This document shows, piece by piece, positions 1-11,908 of a stretch of DNA of 64,000 nt. The notes under the pieces are model-generated. The model did not search any database. It had not been told where the DNA came from and saw only the letters and a list, made by a program, of their open reading frames with translations. Origin of the DNA: Trichosphaerium sp. ATCC 40318 (lineage: Eukaryota; Protista; Tubulinea); the NCBI GenBank assembly GCA_038496445.1, contig JALMLS010000626.1:10675-74674 (forward strand). Direction: 5' to 3'. Made by a program: the position numbers and the translations under genes. The number at the start of each line of letters is the position of its first letter. Within the stretch, counting starts at the first letter, position 1.

Positions 1-1119
1 AACTCTGGTACTGTAAAAAACGTCTGAATAATAGGCGCTGGATCAGCCACTAGATGAAAAACCGAGTTAGCACATGTTTTAGAGAGGGAGGTAACCCAAA
101 GGCAAAGGCAATTGGTAGAGCGTACATCCTGTTGTTTCTATCATAATGTAGTCAAATTCTGATTTCCTCTTTACCAAGTCTCCAAGAATTTTAATTAAAT
201 CACCACGAACAGTACAACAGATACAACCGTTGTTCATTACTAGAATCTAATATAGCGTGAGAAATAAACGGAAAAACTCAGAAAAAACAAAGTTTTTTTT
301 TCTCCTCCTCACCTCTTCAGCTTTATTAAACTTTCCTTTTACAAGAGCATCATCGATTCCTATTTTACCGAATTCGTTCTCAATAACTACGCAAAACGTT
401 ACTACGCACGTACACGGAAAAGAATGTGGCGTACCGGCAATTCGTTTGCCATGGTTTTCTTCTAGTACGTAGTTGAGGAGTGTCGTTTTACCACTTCCCA
501 AGAATCCTAAAGAAGAACAAAAAAGGTGAGGGACGCTAGTTTTTCTCACATTCGGTACCTGTGATTACAGTAACCGGAATGGTGGCATTTGCTACGTTAA
601 TCGCTGCTCCTTGGGTACAAAGTGCCTCACATAATTCGTAGACAATACGAGTTTGATCGTGTAGGAGCTCGATTGTGGTTTTTAACAGTTGAAGAGGATC
701 TTCGTCGACCTTCTTTGGTCCTATAACAATAGCGCGGCAGTAACTATTGACTATTAGGTTTGTCACGAAGCAAAATAAAGACATGTGTACCCTCCAGCTT
801 GAACTATAAGGTTTCTGATTGTTCTATTACAATTGTAAGCGTAGGTAGGAGTACACAACTGATTTGTACCCAACCCAGTTGTTTAATGTTTCCTTTGACG
901 CTGCACTGGATACAATGAGCGATGCTACGTGGTCTTTGATAGCTTTGTAAACTAAAAACATCAACGAGGTGTCGTATAATACTAATACGTACCTATACTA
1001 ACCTCAGATACCACTGCTGCTAATTTAGGTTTGTTTTCTTCAGCAGGTTCTTTAACGCTATTCGCCAAATTGATGAATACTGTGGATGCAGAAAGGAGTT
1101 CAAAGACAAGTGCTTGCAT
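1..1119 (-). CDS. COG0523/CobW-family P-loop GTPase (zinc metallochaperone, ZNG1/CBWD-like) with N-terminal extension; 3' end runs off the window
   Basis: Spliced: IPVTVITG|FLGSGKTTLLN..KRIA|VIENEFG..NNGCICCTVRGDL..IMIETTG|LADP. These are Walker A, CxCC and ExxG motifs. Start at 1119 or 1164 is uncertain. Confidence 0.9.
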
Positions 1120-1323
1120 GAGTTTCGAGCTGTAAGACAAATGGTGAATCTTTTTGAAAAGCATTTTTCGCCAGGGCGATCAAAAAAACCCTGGAATAGT
1201 TTTATACCGCCACAAGGTATTTTTTTTGAGATAATTCAAATTAAAATAAAGACAATACAAGGTTCGAATGCGTTTGTTTAGAATTTATTCAAAATGAAGC
1301 AGTCGCTCATTATTACAAGGTCA

Positions 1324-1952
1324 TTAACCCAACAAGTTTGGAAAACGCAACTCCAATGTGGTACCATCAGAGAATTGAGTGTTTTGGCGGACAGTAGCGT
1401 TTGGGTCGAGCTTATGTTTCTTTCCGCTACGGTGACAGTGAATAAAGCGAAATATATGCGTTTGGAGGTGAAAAAAAAAAAACCAAAGCATTTCTGTTTT
1501 AGTTTAAATAACGCGTTTTTGGGATTTTTGAAGTCACGTGCTCATAAAAAAAAGGAAAAACCACCAATCCGTACTTTTTGTCTACGCCGTAGATCTTGTC
1601 TGCTTTGGATTGAGGACCAGCTTGAGATTTCAAGTCATCAATAACGACTTGAAATTTTTCTTCTGCGCCTACGTCAACGACATATTTCGAGGTAGCGGTC
1701 CATCTAATAGGCTTAGAACAATACCAATACCTTTATTTACCTTCCAGTAGTGGAGAAACCCTACGAGAAGTGTTAGAAGCAAGTTTTTCTGTTCAAACAA
1801 AATTCTTGAGAGTAACATACCTGTACCCATCCACAAGTGATTTCTAGACGAATCTCGTCAGTACCGTCTCTTCTACACGAGTTCAGTTAGCAAATTTAGA
1901 CCAACGAGTGGTGAGAGGTATGTATGTACCTGTAACTTGCGTTAAATGCCAT
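1324..1952 (-). CDS. Small (~95 aa) hypothetical protein, possibly ubiquitin-like beta-grasp fold
   Basis: Five exons with GT-AG introns splice in frame: MAFNASYR|RDGTDEIRLEITCGWVQ|GFSTTG|RWTATSKYVVDV..KIYGVDK|NGKKHKLDPNATVRQNTQFSDGTTLELRFPNLLG*. Confidence 0.6.
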
Positions 1953-2670
1953 TGAAAGCGAATAGGTGTTGTATGTGTTGTTATGTATTTGAAGCTAAGG
2001 CTGGTGAACGACGCACATGTCGTCCAGTTATTTCGCGAGATAGCCTCATAGTACCTTTAAAACACTTACACACGCGTATTCACTGAGTTACACGCCCTTT
2101 CTGTAGTAACCGACAATACTACATGCTTTCACAGGCAGCATTCTTGCGTAGAACGTAATGACAGCGGTCAAACCCAGACCTCTTTTGGCTTTTAGGGATG
2201 GTGTATAAGCGTGTTTTTGCCGCATTCGCATTCAGCAGGTGTAGTTCTGCTGTTTACGAAGTATAATACTGCAAATTTGTCGGTTCATAGTAATATTACT
2301 CAATATCACGTGATTCCGCTATTATGATAACATGGTGACATCTACGAAGGAAGCGCTATAAAAATACGAGCAGTTTGCAGCATATTCACAAAAGGTTGTT
2401 CCTTATCTCGTTGCAGCCTACTTGCTCATCTCATCTTTAGTACTCTTTGATTTCTTAGTCTTTTTGATTATCGGAGGTTTCTCAATTCTGGAAAAGGGTA
2501 GAACAACTTAGGATTGAGAGTAGTTTCTCCAGAGAGTGTGCACTCTCTAAAAATGACGTTATACTGCTTACAACATTAAAAGGGTTGTCAAGTATTTTAC
2601 ACTACGTATGGCGTCATATTTTTAGGAGATTTACACGCTTCCTTGAATCACAAGCCAAAAAACGCCACAG

Positions 2671-3714
2671 GATGGAGAGCATCTCATCAAACTCTTTTTC
2701 AAGTGTTTATAGAATAGGATGTTCTATAGGTATTGGTGCTACGTCGCAAGTATACAAGGCAGAAGAGAAACGAAGCAAAAAAAAACTTGCGCTCAAAATA
2801 ATTTACCCACATTTCTTTCGTGATCACGAGGACCTAGTACAGGCTGAAATAGAGGTTTTAAGCAATTTTAGACACAATAATATTGTTCGACTTGTAGACG
2901 CACACTGCCACAAAGGTACACGCCTACCTGCGCTAGTATATTATTAATTACTTTCCTTTAACATAACATTGTCTTTTTTAGATGTAGTAATGCTTGTACT
3001 CGATCGCGCTTTGCTTAGTCTTGATGCATTCTCAGCGACTTATAAACTACCCACAATACGCATAAAGTCTATTATGATGCAATGTTTAGAAGGATTACGA
3101 TATATGCATGGCTTGGGTTATGTACACAATGGTAAGCGTTTCACATCTTCCGATGTTTCTGAATAACATCCGAGAAATTTCTACGTTGTTGTCATCCTTG
3201 CTAAACGTTATGTCTAGACGTTAAGATGGGTAACATTCTTATTGGCGCCAATGGAACTATAAAATTGACAGACTTTGGGAACTGTTCTTTGATTTCAGAT
3301 GCTCAAGAAGGAAAAGTAAGACGAAGAGGAACACTTGAGTATTTGGCGCCTGAAATTTTTATTCACAAAAGATGGTCTGATAAACGTGATATATGGAGCC
3401 TTGGTCTGACATGTTTTCGATTGGTTACAGGGAATCTTCCTTTTAAAATATTGGATAATGATTTACCATCTTTTGTCATGGGGTTGACGTTATTATACAA
3501 GACAAAGACATACGATTGGGATTCTTTTCAAAACCAATACAAAAACTTAAAAGATGATCTTGTTTTATTTTTACAACATTTACTTCATCCCGTACCTGAG
3601 AGGCGTGCTTCAGCGGAAGAGTGCCTCGATATGGCTTGGCTTGGGGTGTCGTTAGACAGGGTAAAGGATAGACATTGGTTTAAAAAACGAGCTGTACATA
3701 AATTGACGAAATAA
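2671..3714 (+). CDS. Ser/Thr protein kinase (non-RD; catalytic loop HNDVKMGN)
   Basis: IGIGATSQVYKA, ALKII, HN|DVKMGNILI, DFG, GTLEYLAPE, DIWSLG motifs; 2 introns. Confidence 0.92.
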
Positions 3715-3884
3715 CTAAAAGACAATCCTGTTTTTTTTCTTCCTTTTTGACTTGAAGTCAGCCATGTTAAACTGTAATCCAACTAAAATAATGCCACTGA
3801 GCTATTAGTTGATCTGGAGAGTATATAACAGCATTGGTAGCGCCTGTAAGGCATATGTATGATTTATAAACTGCAATGTGGTAA

Positions 3885-6528
3885 ATGCTGTTTAAAGTAG
3901 TTCATGGGCACCAACGTGCGTAGAGATTAGTAAATACGCGCTTTCTGTATGTAAATAAGGTAGTGTGCCCAAAGAAGCGTCAATACTCGTACAAGCCAAC
4001 TGTAGCGTTGTATTTGGTGAATCAAAGGAGTTTCTTCGATATGACACTTGGGGCGTCGTTAAAAGTATACACACTCGATGACTGGTACGGCATTTCTAAT
4101 GAGAAAATAAACCGACATGGCGCAAGACCAATCCTTGAAAAGTAAGCAAATGCAAGCGATTGAGCTTGGCTTGAAAGTAATTTTTTTCAAAAATATAGAT
4201 ATGATCATTGTCTTCCTACTTGTCTTCAAACTTTATACAACGATTATGAATGGCAATCCTGGGAGTTCTTGTACGAAAGTGTTTACACCTATTTTGTATA
4301 AGTGTTTTGTCCGTGTTGACACGCAGCAGGCACGTGCCTGACGGATTTTGGGATAAAAGAGATCACGAGATTGGTAAATTTAACTCAATGGCTAAGACGA
4401 TTGGCGTTAAGACTATGGATGATTGGTATCATGTAAAAAAAAGAGAAGTGCAGCTATTAGGTGCCAGTGGAGTGATACAAGTAAAGTACATGTCGAGAAC
4501 CATTTTTCTCATCTTGTCTTGTACTAACATTATCTTTTTTTTTCACAGTTACAAAGGATCGTATGTTCTGGCGTTGACAAGCATATTTTCAAATTTTGAT
4601 TGGGAGCCATGGAAGTTCGCGTGCGTAGTTTTTGGCACTTTTCGCCTGGTCTATAAAAATGAGACATCATTACCACATGTGTTATTGAAAGCTGAACAAC
4701 TAGTAATACTGAATTTTGCCTTAGAAATAACAATAAGTTGTGGTGGCTTCAAGCAGCTGTAGAGATGAGAATCCAACCTGTGGCAAAAGAATTACGTGTT
4801 TTTATACTAGAAGATTGGTATAAAATTAAAGATGAACAGGTTGCTATAATCGCACCTGACTTGATGCACAAGTACTATTTTTTTTTTAAGTGTCTTTTTT
4901 ATTTTTTTTACGTTTATCCAATAGACACAATACGTTACAGGGTTTAGTATCAAATACATTCAAACACTATGATTTTAAGGAATGGGGAGCGAGGTAATTC
5001 ATTGGTATTTAAACACCCAAGCTTTTTTTTGGATTGAAATGTAAATCGAATTTTTTTTTTGCTTTTTGTTGGTCAGTACTTCTTCTTTCTTCTTGGACAT
5101 CTGACCATGGTTTTCAAACGCGAATGAGGGTAAAAATTAATCTATTTGCTATTTAACTTTGGTTCAGGCAAGTACCTCATAGTTACTGGCATTCACTTTC
5201 AAATAAGCGCGAGCATGTTGAAAGGATTGGTGAAAAATTGTATCTAACAACTCTTGATGATTGGGTTGGTATACCAATAAAATTATTGATGTCTCATGGA
5301 GCATCAGCATCTATATCGAGCATGCTCAGATCCATATATCCTGAATTTGAGTGGGATGATATGTACGGAGAGGAACCTTTAAATTTTCAAAAAAGTGGAA
5401 CATTTTATTCTTGGTTTTTTGACCTAACTTGCAAACAGCGAGCCAAGGTTCAAACATCAATCTGGATTTTGGCGGAATACATCAAATCAATTAAAGTATT
5501 TGACAGAATTAAAAGACAAACTGCAATTGACAAATCCAGCTAGATGGTAAGTACTGCTTTTTTGAACAAATCAAGATTTATTTCTGCCTGAGTTGCCGTA
5601 TTTGTGTTTTATTGACAACAGTAAATAGGTACACACTATCCAAGGAACAAATAGCTGGTGGGGGAGGCTCAGGGATCCTTAAATTTTTCCCTAGATTCGT
5701 CACGTTACTTCATCCAAACTACAACTGGAATTGGCCTGCCTTTTCAACTAAATTCAAAACAGCTAGCCAAAAGCACGTTAACACTCATTTTCACTATATC
5801 CTTATGGGAGCACGTGATATAACTTACTCATCTTAGTTGGCTTTTACAATGTACTCAGTGGCTATTTGAAGGTTATGAGGTACATCAAGAGCACTGCGTA
5901 GGCTCCAGAAGGTCTTCTGGTGTTCAAGTGACTGTTGATGTATTTGTGTCTGCTTTTAATGTTGGCTTAGAATACCAAGGTAATTTCTTGCTTACCTTTA
6001 AAACCACCTTGGCTCATGTCAACTTTTAGGAGAACATCATTACGAAGACTTACATTGTAAAGGATCTGTTACGGCTTACGAAGCCAGAGACTTTGAGAAA
6101 CTTGAACTTTGTAAAAAATCAGGTAGCTCCAAAGAAATAAGACTGGCTTCACTATTCTGACGCTCATTGTTACAACTGTAGGAATAACTATTGTACCTGT
6201 ACCATACTGGTATGTTTTAATCGAAAAGATTTCAGTCACGTGACTTTTTTTAGGTGGAAAGGTGATATGGAATCTCTGGCTGCAACAATTGTATTTTATA
6301 AACCTAGTGTTCCACTTAAATATCCTAAAGGTGTTAAACCTCTTGTAGATTTACCACAAGAGTTATTTCGCCCTTCAAAGAGTAAGAACACTCAAAAGCA
6401 TGTTTGTACTCAGCTAATGTTTTTTTTTTTAAGCTATGATGGCACCTTCTATAGAAGGATCTAGAGTGGTACACATAAACACAGAACAGCAATGGCGACC
6501 ACTATCATTCACACGAAAACCAGTATGA
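3885..6528 (+). CDS. Trp-rich repeat protein (5 x ~65-70 aa LDDWY repeats) with C-terminal PD-(D/E)xK / DUF559-like nuclease domain, copy A
   Basis: Repeat cores LDDWY, MDDWY, LEDWY, LDDWV, ARWY, each followed by W..W.F. C-terminus VDVFVSAFNVGLEYQG|EHHY..RDFEKLELCKKS|GITIVPVPYW|WKG. Confidence 0.82.
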
Positions 6529-6667
6529 TTGACATATTTGTGATAAAGTAATATTAAATAAACGCAACTTGCTAAACCTAACAAGCCACGCCTCATTACT
6601 TTTTTTCAAAACAAAACGTAAAAATAATAAAACAAAAACTTATATTTACATGAGGTCCTAAACCCCT

Positions 6668-9600
6668 TTAGTATGAAGATTCATCATCCTGCTTCATATA
6701 GTCCAGAATTGTTCTCTTAGGAGGTTCTTTTGTTTTAGGTTTTGTCTTTGTTTTATGTGATGTTTTACGCTTTGGTTTTGTTGAACTATAATATTCTAGT
6801 TTTTCTGTCTTTTCTCTTGGCAGATATGGTTTGTGTTTTGGCTTTTGTTGGGGTTTTGGTTTTGGCTTTTCAGCGATTACCCACTGGCTTAGAGTATCTT
6901 GCTTGAGCGGATGAGCTTTTATCTTAGACGATTCTCCATCAAAACCTTTAAAAGACTTGTTAGTGATGAGGTATGAACACTGTCTTTTCAATAAAACTTA
7001 CTTTTTGAAAAAGCATAAAAAAATAGAGATACAACTTGACAAGAAAAGGCTTTGCCAAGTAATCTTCTTGCTTCCTTTACTGTAATCATATGACGTTCTA
7101 CACCTAATTTCTTTCTTTTCATTGAATAAGACATATTAGGATCAACAGATTGACCTATCCATTCTGCATCGAACCCTTGAATACTACAACGTATAAGTTT
7201 ACAAAAAAAAAAAGCAAAAAAAAGTCTTTACTCCAAAACTGTGGTTGTGTTGCTGTTCTTGTTGTCTGAAAGATAAAATGTGTATAAACAAGTTTTTCAT
7301 AACAAAATAACATGCGCACATTTCCACGTGCTTGATTTTCAAACACTCAACCTTTCCTGTTTTTGTTAAAACTGGGTTATATCGACCGAGTTTATTTCTG
7401 GCTTCATCAGTCATCACTTCTGCAGCAGTTATTCCTGTCCATTTTAGATAGTTCCCTGTTGTTATAGCATAAGCCTTACTACCATCCATGTATTTACCCT
7501 AGGGGTCAAATATTTTAGAAAAGAAGTGAGCAACAAAAAAAAAAACAAGTTGTAATTTTGGCTCTAAAAACTCAACCCACATGTCTTCGCTCTAGTTAAA
7601 TGATAACACAAACATAGTTTTAAACTTTTCTTAAATACAAGTACAGTAAATAATATTTTGAAATACTGAAAGCCATGAATGGCTATACTGAACCAAAAAA
7701 AAAAAGAGTTACCTGTGATAGAATGTCGTTGATCTCAAGAATTGCATTATCTACACCACTACTTGCGTCGAGTCGGATATTACTCCAGTAATAGCGATTA
7801 CGTCTAGCAGCGCTGTAGTGCTTGGCATCAAGCTTAACTGGGGGAACACCCAAGATGTCAGTTATCTTTTGTTTTGAAGCCTTGGACACTAATTCAAAGA
7901 GTTGGTGATGGCGAACTGGATGGTTTGCAGACAAACTTACTGCTTGCTACGTTTTCTACCAAGAAGTATGGAAATCCAGAAATACTTGCTATCCAGCCTA
8001 TTATAACTCTCACGTGAGCAAAGTTGGCTTTCGTGTCTGCATCACCAAACCCCTTTTTTTGCTACAAAATATCTTAACAAAAAAGAAAAGAGATTCTTTT
8101 AGCGACGCACACCAAGGCAAGATAGTGCCGAACAAGGAGGGGACGCTATGACAATATCTATATCTTCTTTATACTTTACTTTTAAATCCTGTAAGACTTG
8201 TTGTGTTATCTCTGTGACGTCATTCTTTACCTTTACGAAAACGTCCTTCTCGTATCCACTAAGAAAAATAAACATCAAATAATTAACTATAAATCCATGA
8301 CATACTATACCAAACACGCCTTCTCTATGGCCCTATTCATAACCACATGACACGCTGGGTCAATTTCAGAATAATAAAACCGCTTGATCTGTGTAACAAT
8401 GAGAACGACAAGCAAATGACGGAGAACAATATGGTTTAAGAAAAAAAAAACGTACAAGTACATCCGCTCTTATAAGTGACATTAGTGCGCCACCCATGCC
8501 ATCAAATAATGATAATATTACATAACCCTCTTTAGATTGAAGAGATCGTTGTGGTTGGTCACGACTTATGTACCCCTGACTAGGAGTAACATCTTCTGGC
8601 TGCAAAACAAATTCTACTTCTTCGAAATCGAAGGTCTCCATTTTCACTGCACTCTGAGTTGCTGCAACATCTCCTTCATCTTCTTTGTCTTTGTCTTCTT
8701 TTTCTTCTTCTTTGTTATCACCGTTTTCAATATTCCTTTTATTTTCCATAATTACTTCGTCTACAACAATATCTTCAAGTGTATCAGAGTTATGTCTTTT
8801 TGGAGGCGGAGGAATTGGCTTTGATACTTTTCTTCTTTTTTTCTTTTTTTTGTTTATACAAGCAGTTGGTGCCTATAACTTTATCAACAATAAATGGCAG
8901 TGAAATCAATATACCTTTCGTTTTGTTGACTGAGATACTGCTGTAAATAAATGTGGCCAGTCACCTTCTAATATTTTAAAGTCATGAGGACGAGTACGTT
9001 TAGTTTCTTCATCCCAAATATGTGTACAAAAATATCCCTCTCCGTTTGATTTTTTTTTAGTCTCAGCTTCTTCCTTTGAAGATGCCAAATAAACTATTTC
9101 GTGCATGTGACTTAACGAGTAATGAGTAGAATCAAACTCGCCAATGATTAGTTCAGTCACATCATCTTATAGAAGACAGAGTAAGCCACGTGTTAACAAG
9201 GATAAAAATCCAAAAAAAAAACGTACTTTCTGGAGTTTTCATTTTTGGCGTTATTTGGTCTGTAGTGTACATTTTACGTATTTTAACATAAGGATCCTCG
9301 TTAACGGCCAACGGATTTATTATTTCCGCTACGAACCGTCGGTTTAAACGAATTTTAAACTTGTTTATGTAAATTTCGTTCAAAACGTACTGATTACGCC
9401 AAAAATCGGTCTACGTCCTCTAATAGATATCGTTGCTCTATTAAAAAGTTATTAATTGTTAGTGTGCTAAAAAAGAAATCCCGCGCGTTATAAAATTATA
9501 TATCGCTATCTGTATAGCGTTGAACAACTGACGTACACATTATATGCTCGAAAAACAGTGTTTGTGTCAAGATTTTTAAAAGACGCATGATACGTGTGTC

Positions 9601-9679
9601 CTACGTTCTGAGGATGTAACCAGTGGCTTTTAGGCACTAATTTATCGCCTAGCTTAAATTCAGCCTCCCACTCAGCCAT
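6668..9679 (-). CDS. C5 cytosine DNA methyltransferase with DNMT3-type catalytic domain and N-terminal BAH-like domain
   Basis: Motif I ILSLFDGMGG, II YSEID, IV ASPPCSALS, VI LVENVAS, VIII KLDAKHYSAARRNRYYWSN, IX/X EIIQGF..RRLLGKAFS. N-terminal region HTYHASF..PIFGVITEII..YVKIRKMY..ELII..YFCTHIWD. Confidence 0.88.
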
Positions 9680-9844
9680 ACCACAATATTAGTTCACAAC
9701 GGGCGAAAAAACACCTAAGTGTGGCCATCAAAACAACATTCAACGAGTTTTGATTTTTTTTGACATTTCTACCAACTTGTAACGGAGTTGAATTATGTGA
9801 TTGCACACAATGTACAACAATAAACACGACTTTATTACGATGTT

Positions 9845-11776
9845 TTACACATTTGTAAGTGAAGCACATGGAGGAAAAACAATGGAATTTTTCGACATTT
9901 GTTGCAAGTGCTTTCGACCCCTTGACTTTTTTTTTTCATTTAATACATTTACTAAACATTCTTACCATGTTCTTGCCCTATTCGACATTTTACTTTCTAA
10001 AAATCACGTGAGTAGAAGTCAAATAAATGCGATAACGGAAAAAAAACGTACAGAATTTTCTTCCAAAACTTTGGTGGATTCTCCTTTTTCTGTTGAATGT
10101 GAGGCTTCAAAAATAGTTGTATCTTTTTGAAACCATCATATAGCTCACGAATACGTTTATCCCTGTACTGAAGCTTTTTCTTAAGAGCATCATTTATGAC
10201 AGGTTTATCACCTCCTTTTCTATTATTCCATGGCTTTGTCAAGTCTATGTAATGCATACTAAACTCCTTATCTACTATAACAGGTAACATCATAAAGCAA
10301 TACGAGAATATATCTTCATTATTTTGAACACGTGTTGCATATCTATGCCTACAGAGCAAAATTAAAAGGCTATTCAAAAAAAAAGACCAATCAATAACAA
10401 AAGTACCTAAACAGCATCCAATCGTACACTATTACCAAGTACAACATTTCAATAGCAGATAAAGAAGTATGTACTAACCCATCTGCCCAAAGTGACATAC
10501 GCACTAAAGAAACAAACAAAGGTGTCCTTAGGTAACATGTGAGCAAAAAAAAAAAAAAAAAAAGTTGTCACCAAAAAAAACACTTTATGACTTTACCTAT
10601 CCCAACCCATTACGCAATGAATAAGTATTCCATAATTTTCTTTAGATAACGTATGCAGTAACTAATGCAATTAAATCACTAAGAAAAATACTTTAGGAGC
10701 TAAAAACAACATACCCGAAGAAGATGGTTTTTTGTCAATGGAACTATTTGTACACATGTTTTATCAACTATTAAACCTATAGAAACAAACTATTGAATAT
10801 GGTGATTTATGATAAAGACAAAATCAATTGAAAAAAAAAAGTGTTATGAGTGCTAACCATCAAACAAATCTTGTAAGTTTTTTTTTCCAAAGAATGAAAC
10901 CCCTGGATATGGCATCGCCATTACATCGAACCCAGCATAAGCACCAGTGCTATCAGTTTGTTCACTTGTACCCATCTTAACACCGAATAGTTTAAATGTA
11001 TTCTCCGTCATCAAATCCGCAATAGCCCTTTTATTATGAGTCAACACAAGAAACCACTTGGTAACTGAAAAAACAAAAAAAAAAATACCCAACTCCAAGT
11101 GACAATAATAAATTAGCTTCATCCTTTCTGTGGAGAGATATACTTGATGAAAACCGCTTTTGTTGATCTGCATCATCAACATCTAGAGCTGTGAGTCGAT
11201 TTTATGGTAGTCGCATTGTACCTGGTGCGTTTTTTTTTGATTTTGTTCCAACTACACCTTTCAGTTTATTGAAATTAGCTTGTACTGATCCTTCTAGTTT
11301 CTGAGCCAAACTTGCACTTCGACAAATGTACTTGTTACCAAAAAGCAATACAGGTGTGGCAAAACGGCAGCGAGTCTACTATGGAGTCAGGCGGTGCGTA
11401 GTTTGTATGTGTTTACGCACTCTAGCGAATCTGGTGCCTATAATTTGATTGCGGAGCTTTAACGCCTCATCTTCGCTTGAATCCACCTCTTTTTGCCGCG
11501 GTACTATGATTGCGAGTGGATAAGTACCGCACAGTTTCCCGTCTCTGTTACTAACTATATCGCACTGGTAATCGCGAGAAAATAGCTCAACACAATACTG
11601 GTTGGCTTCTAGAATCTGTTTACACAAATAAGTTAAAAATATCAATGTTAATTTGTTGCCGGTACTTCAACGTTGCTGCCATTCCAATTTGTCATAACAT
11701 TCTTGTTGTACCCCAAAAAATAAAGCAGTACGTCTTCCAACCTCTGTCCCCATATATTACTTTTGTTTGGTTCCAT
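9845..11776 (-). CDS. MTMR14: Myotubularin-related phosphoinositide phosphatase, MTMR14/Jumpy-like
   Basis: HCVMGWDR|TPLFVSLVRMSLWADGLVHTSL..YDWMLF (CX5R motif); NRDGKLCGTYP; DLMTEN. The 3' end is approximate. Confidence 0.88.
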
Positions 11777-11908
11777 TGCCACTATATGAGCGTACTTGAT
11801 AAGCGTAGTAAATAGTACAGCTGATTGTCTTCACTGAAAAAACCAAAAAAGTCAAGGTTATTAACTCAGCACCTGTAAAAGACAACCCCTTACATTACAA
11901 CTTATAGC

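Noticed and set aside
3885-6528. Repeat-nuclease as an active transposon
   Set aside because: Intron-rich, with no terminal repeats, target-site duplications or RT/transposase nearby.
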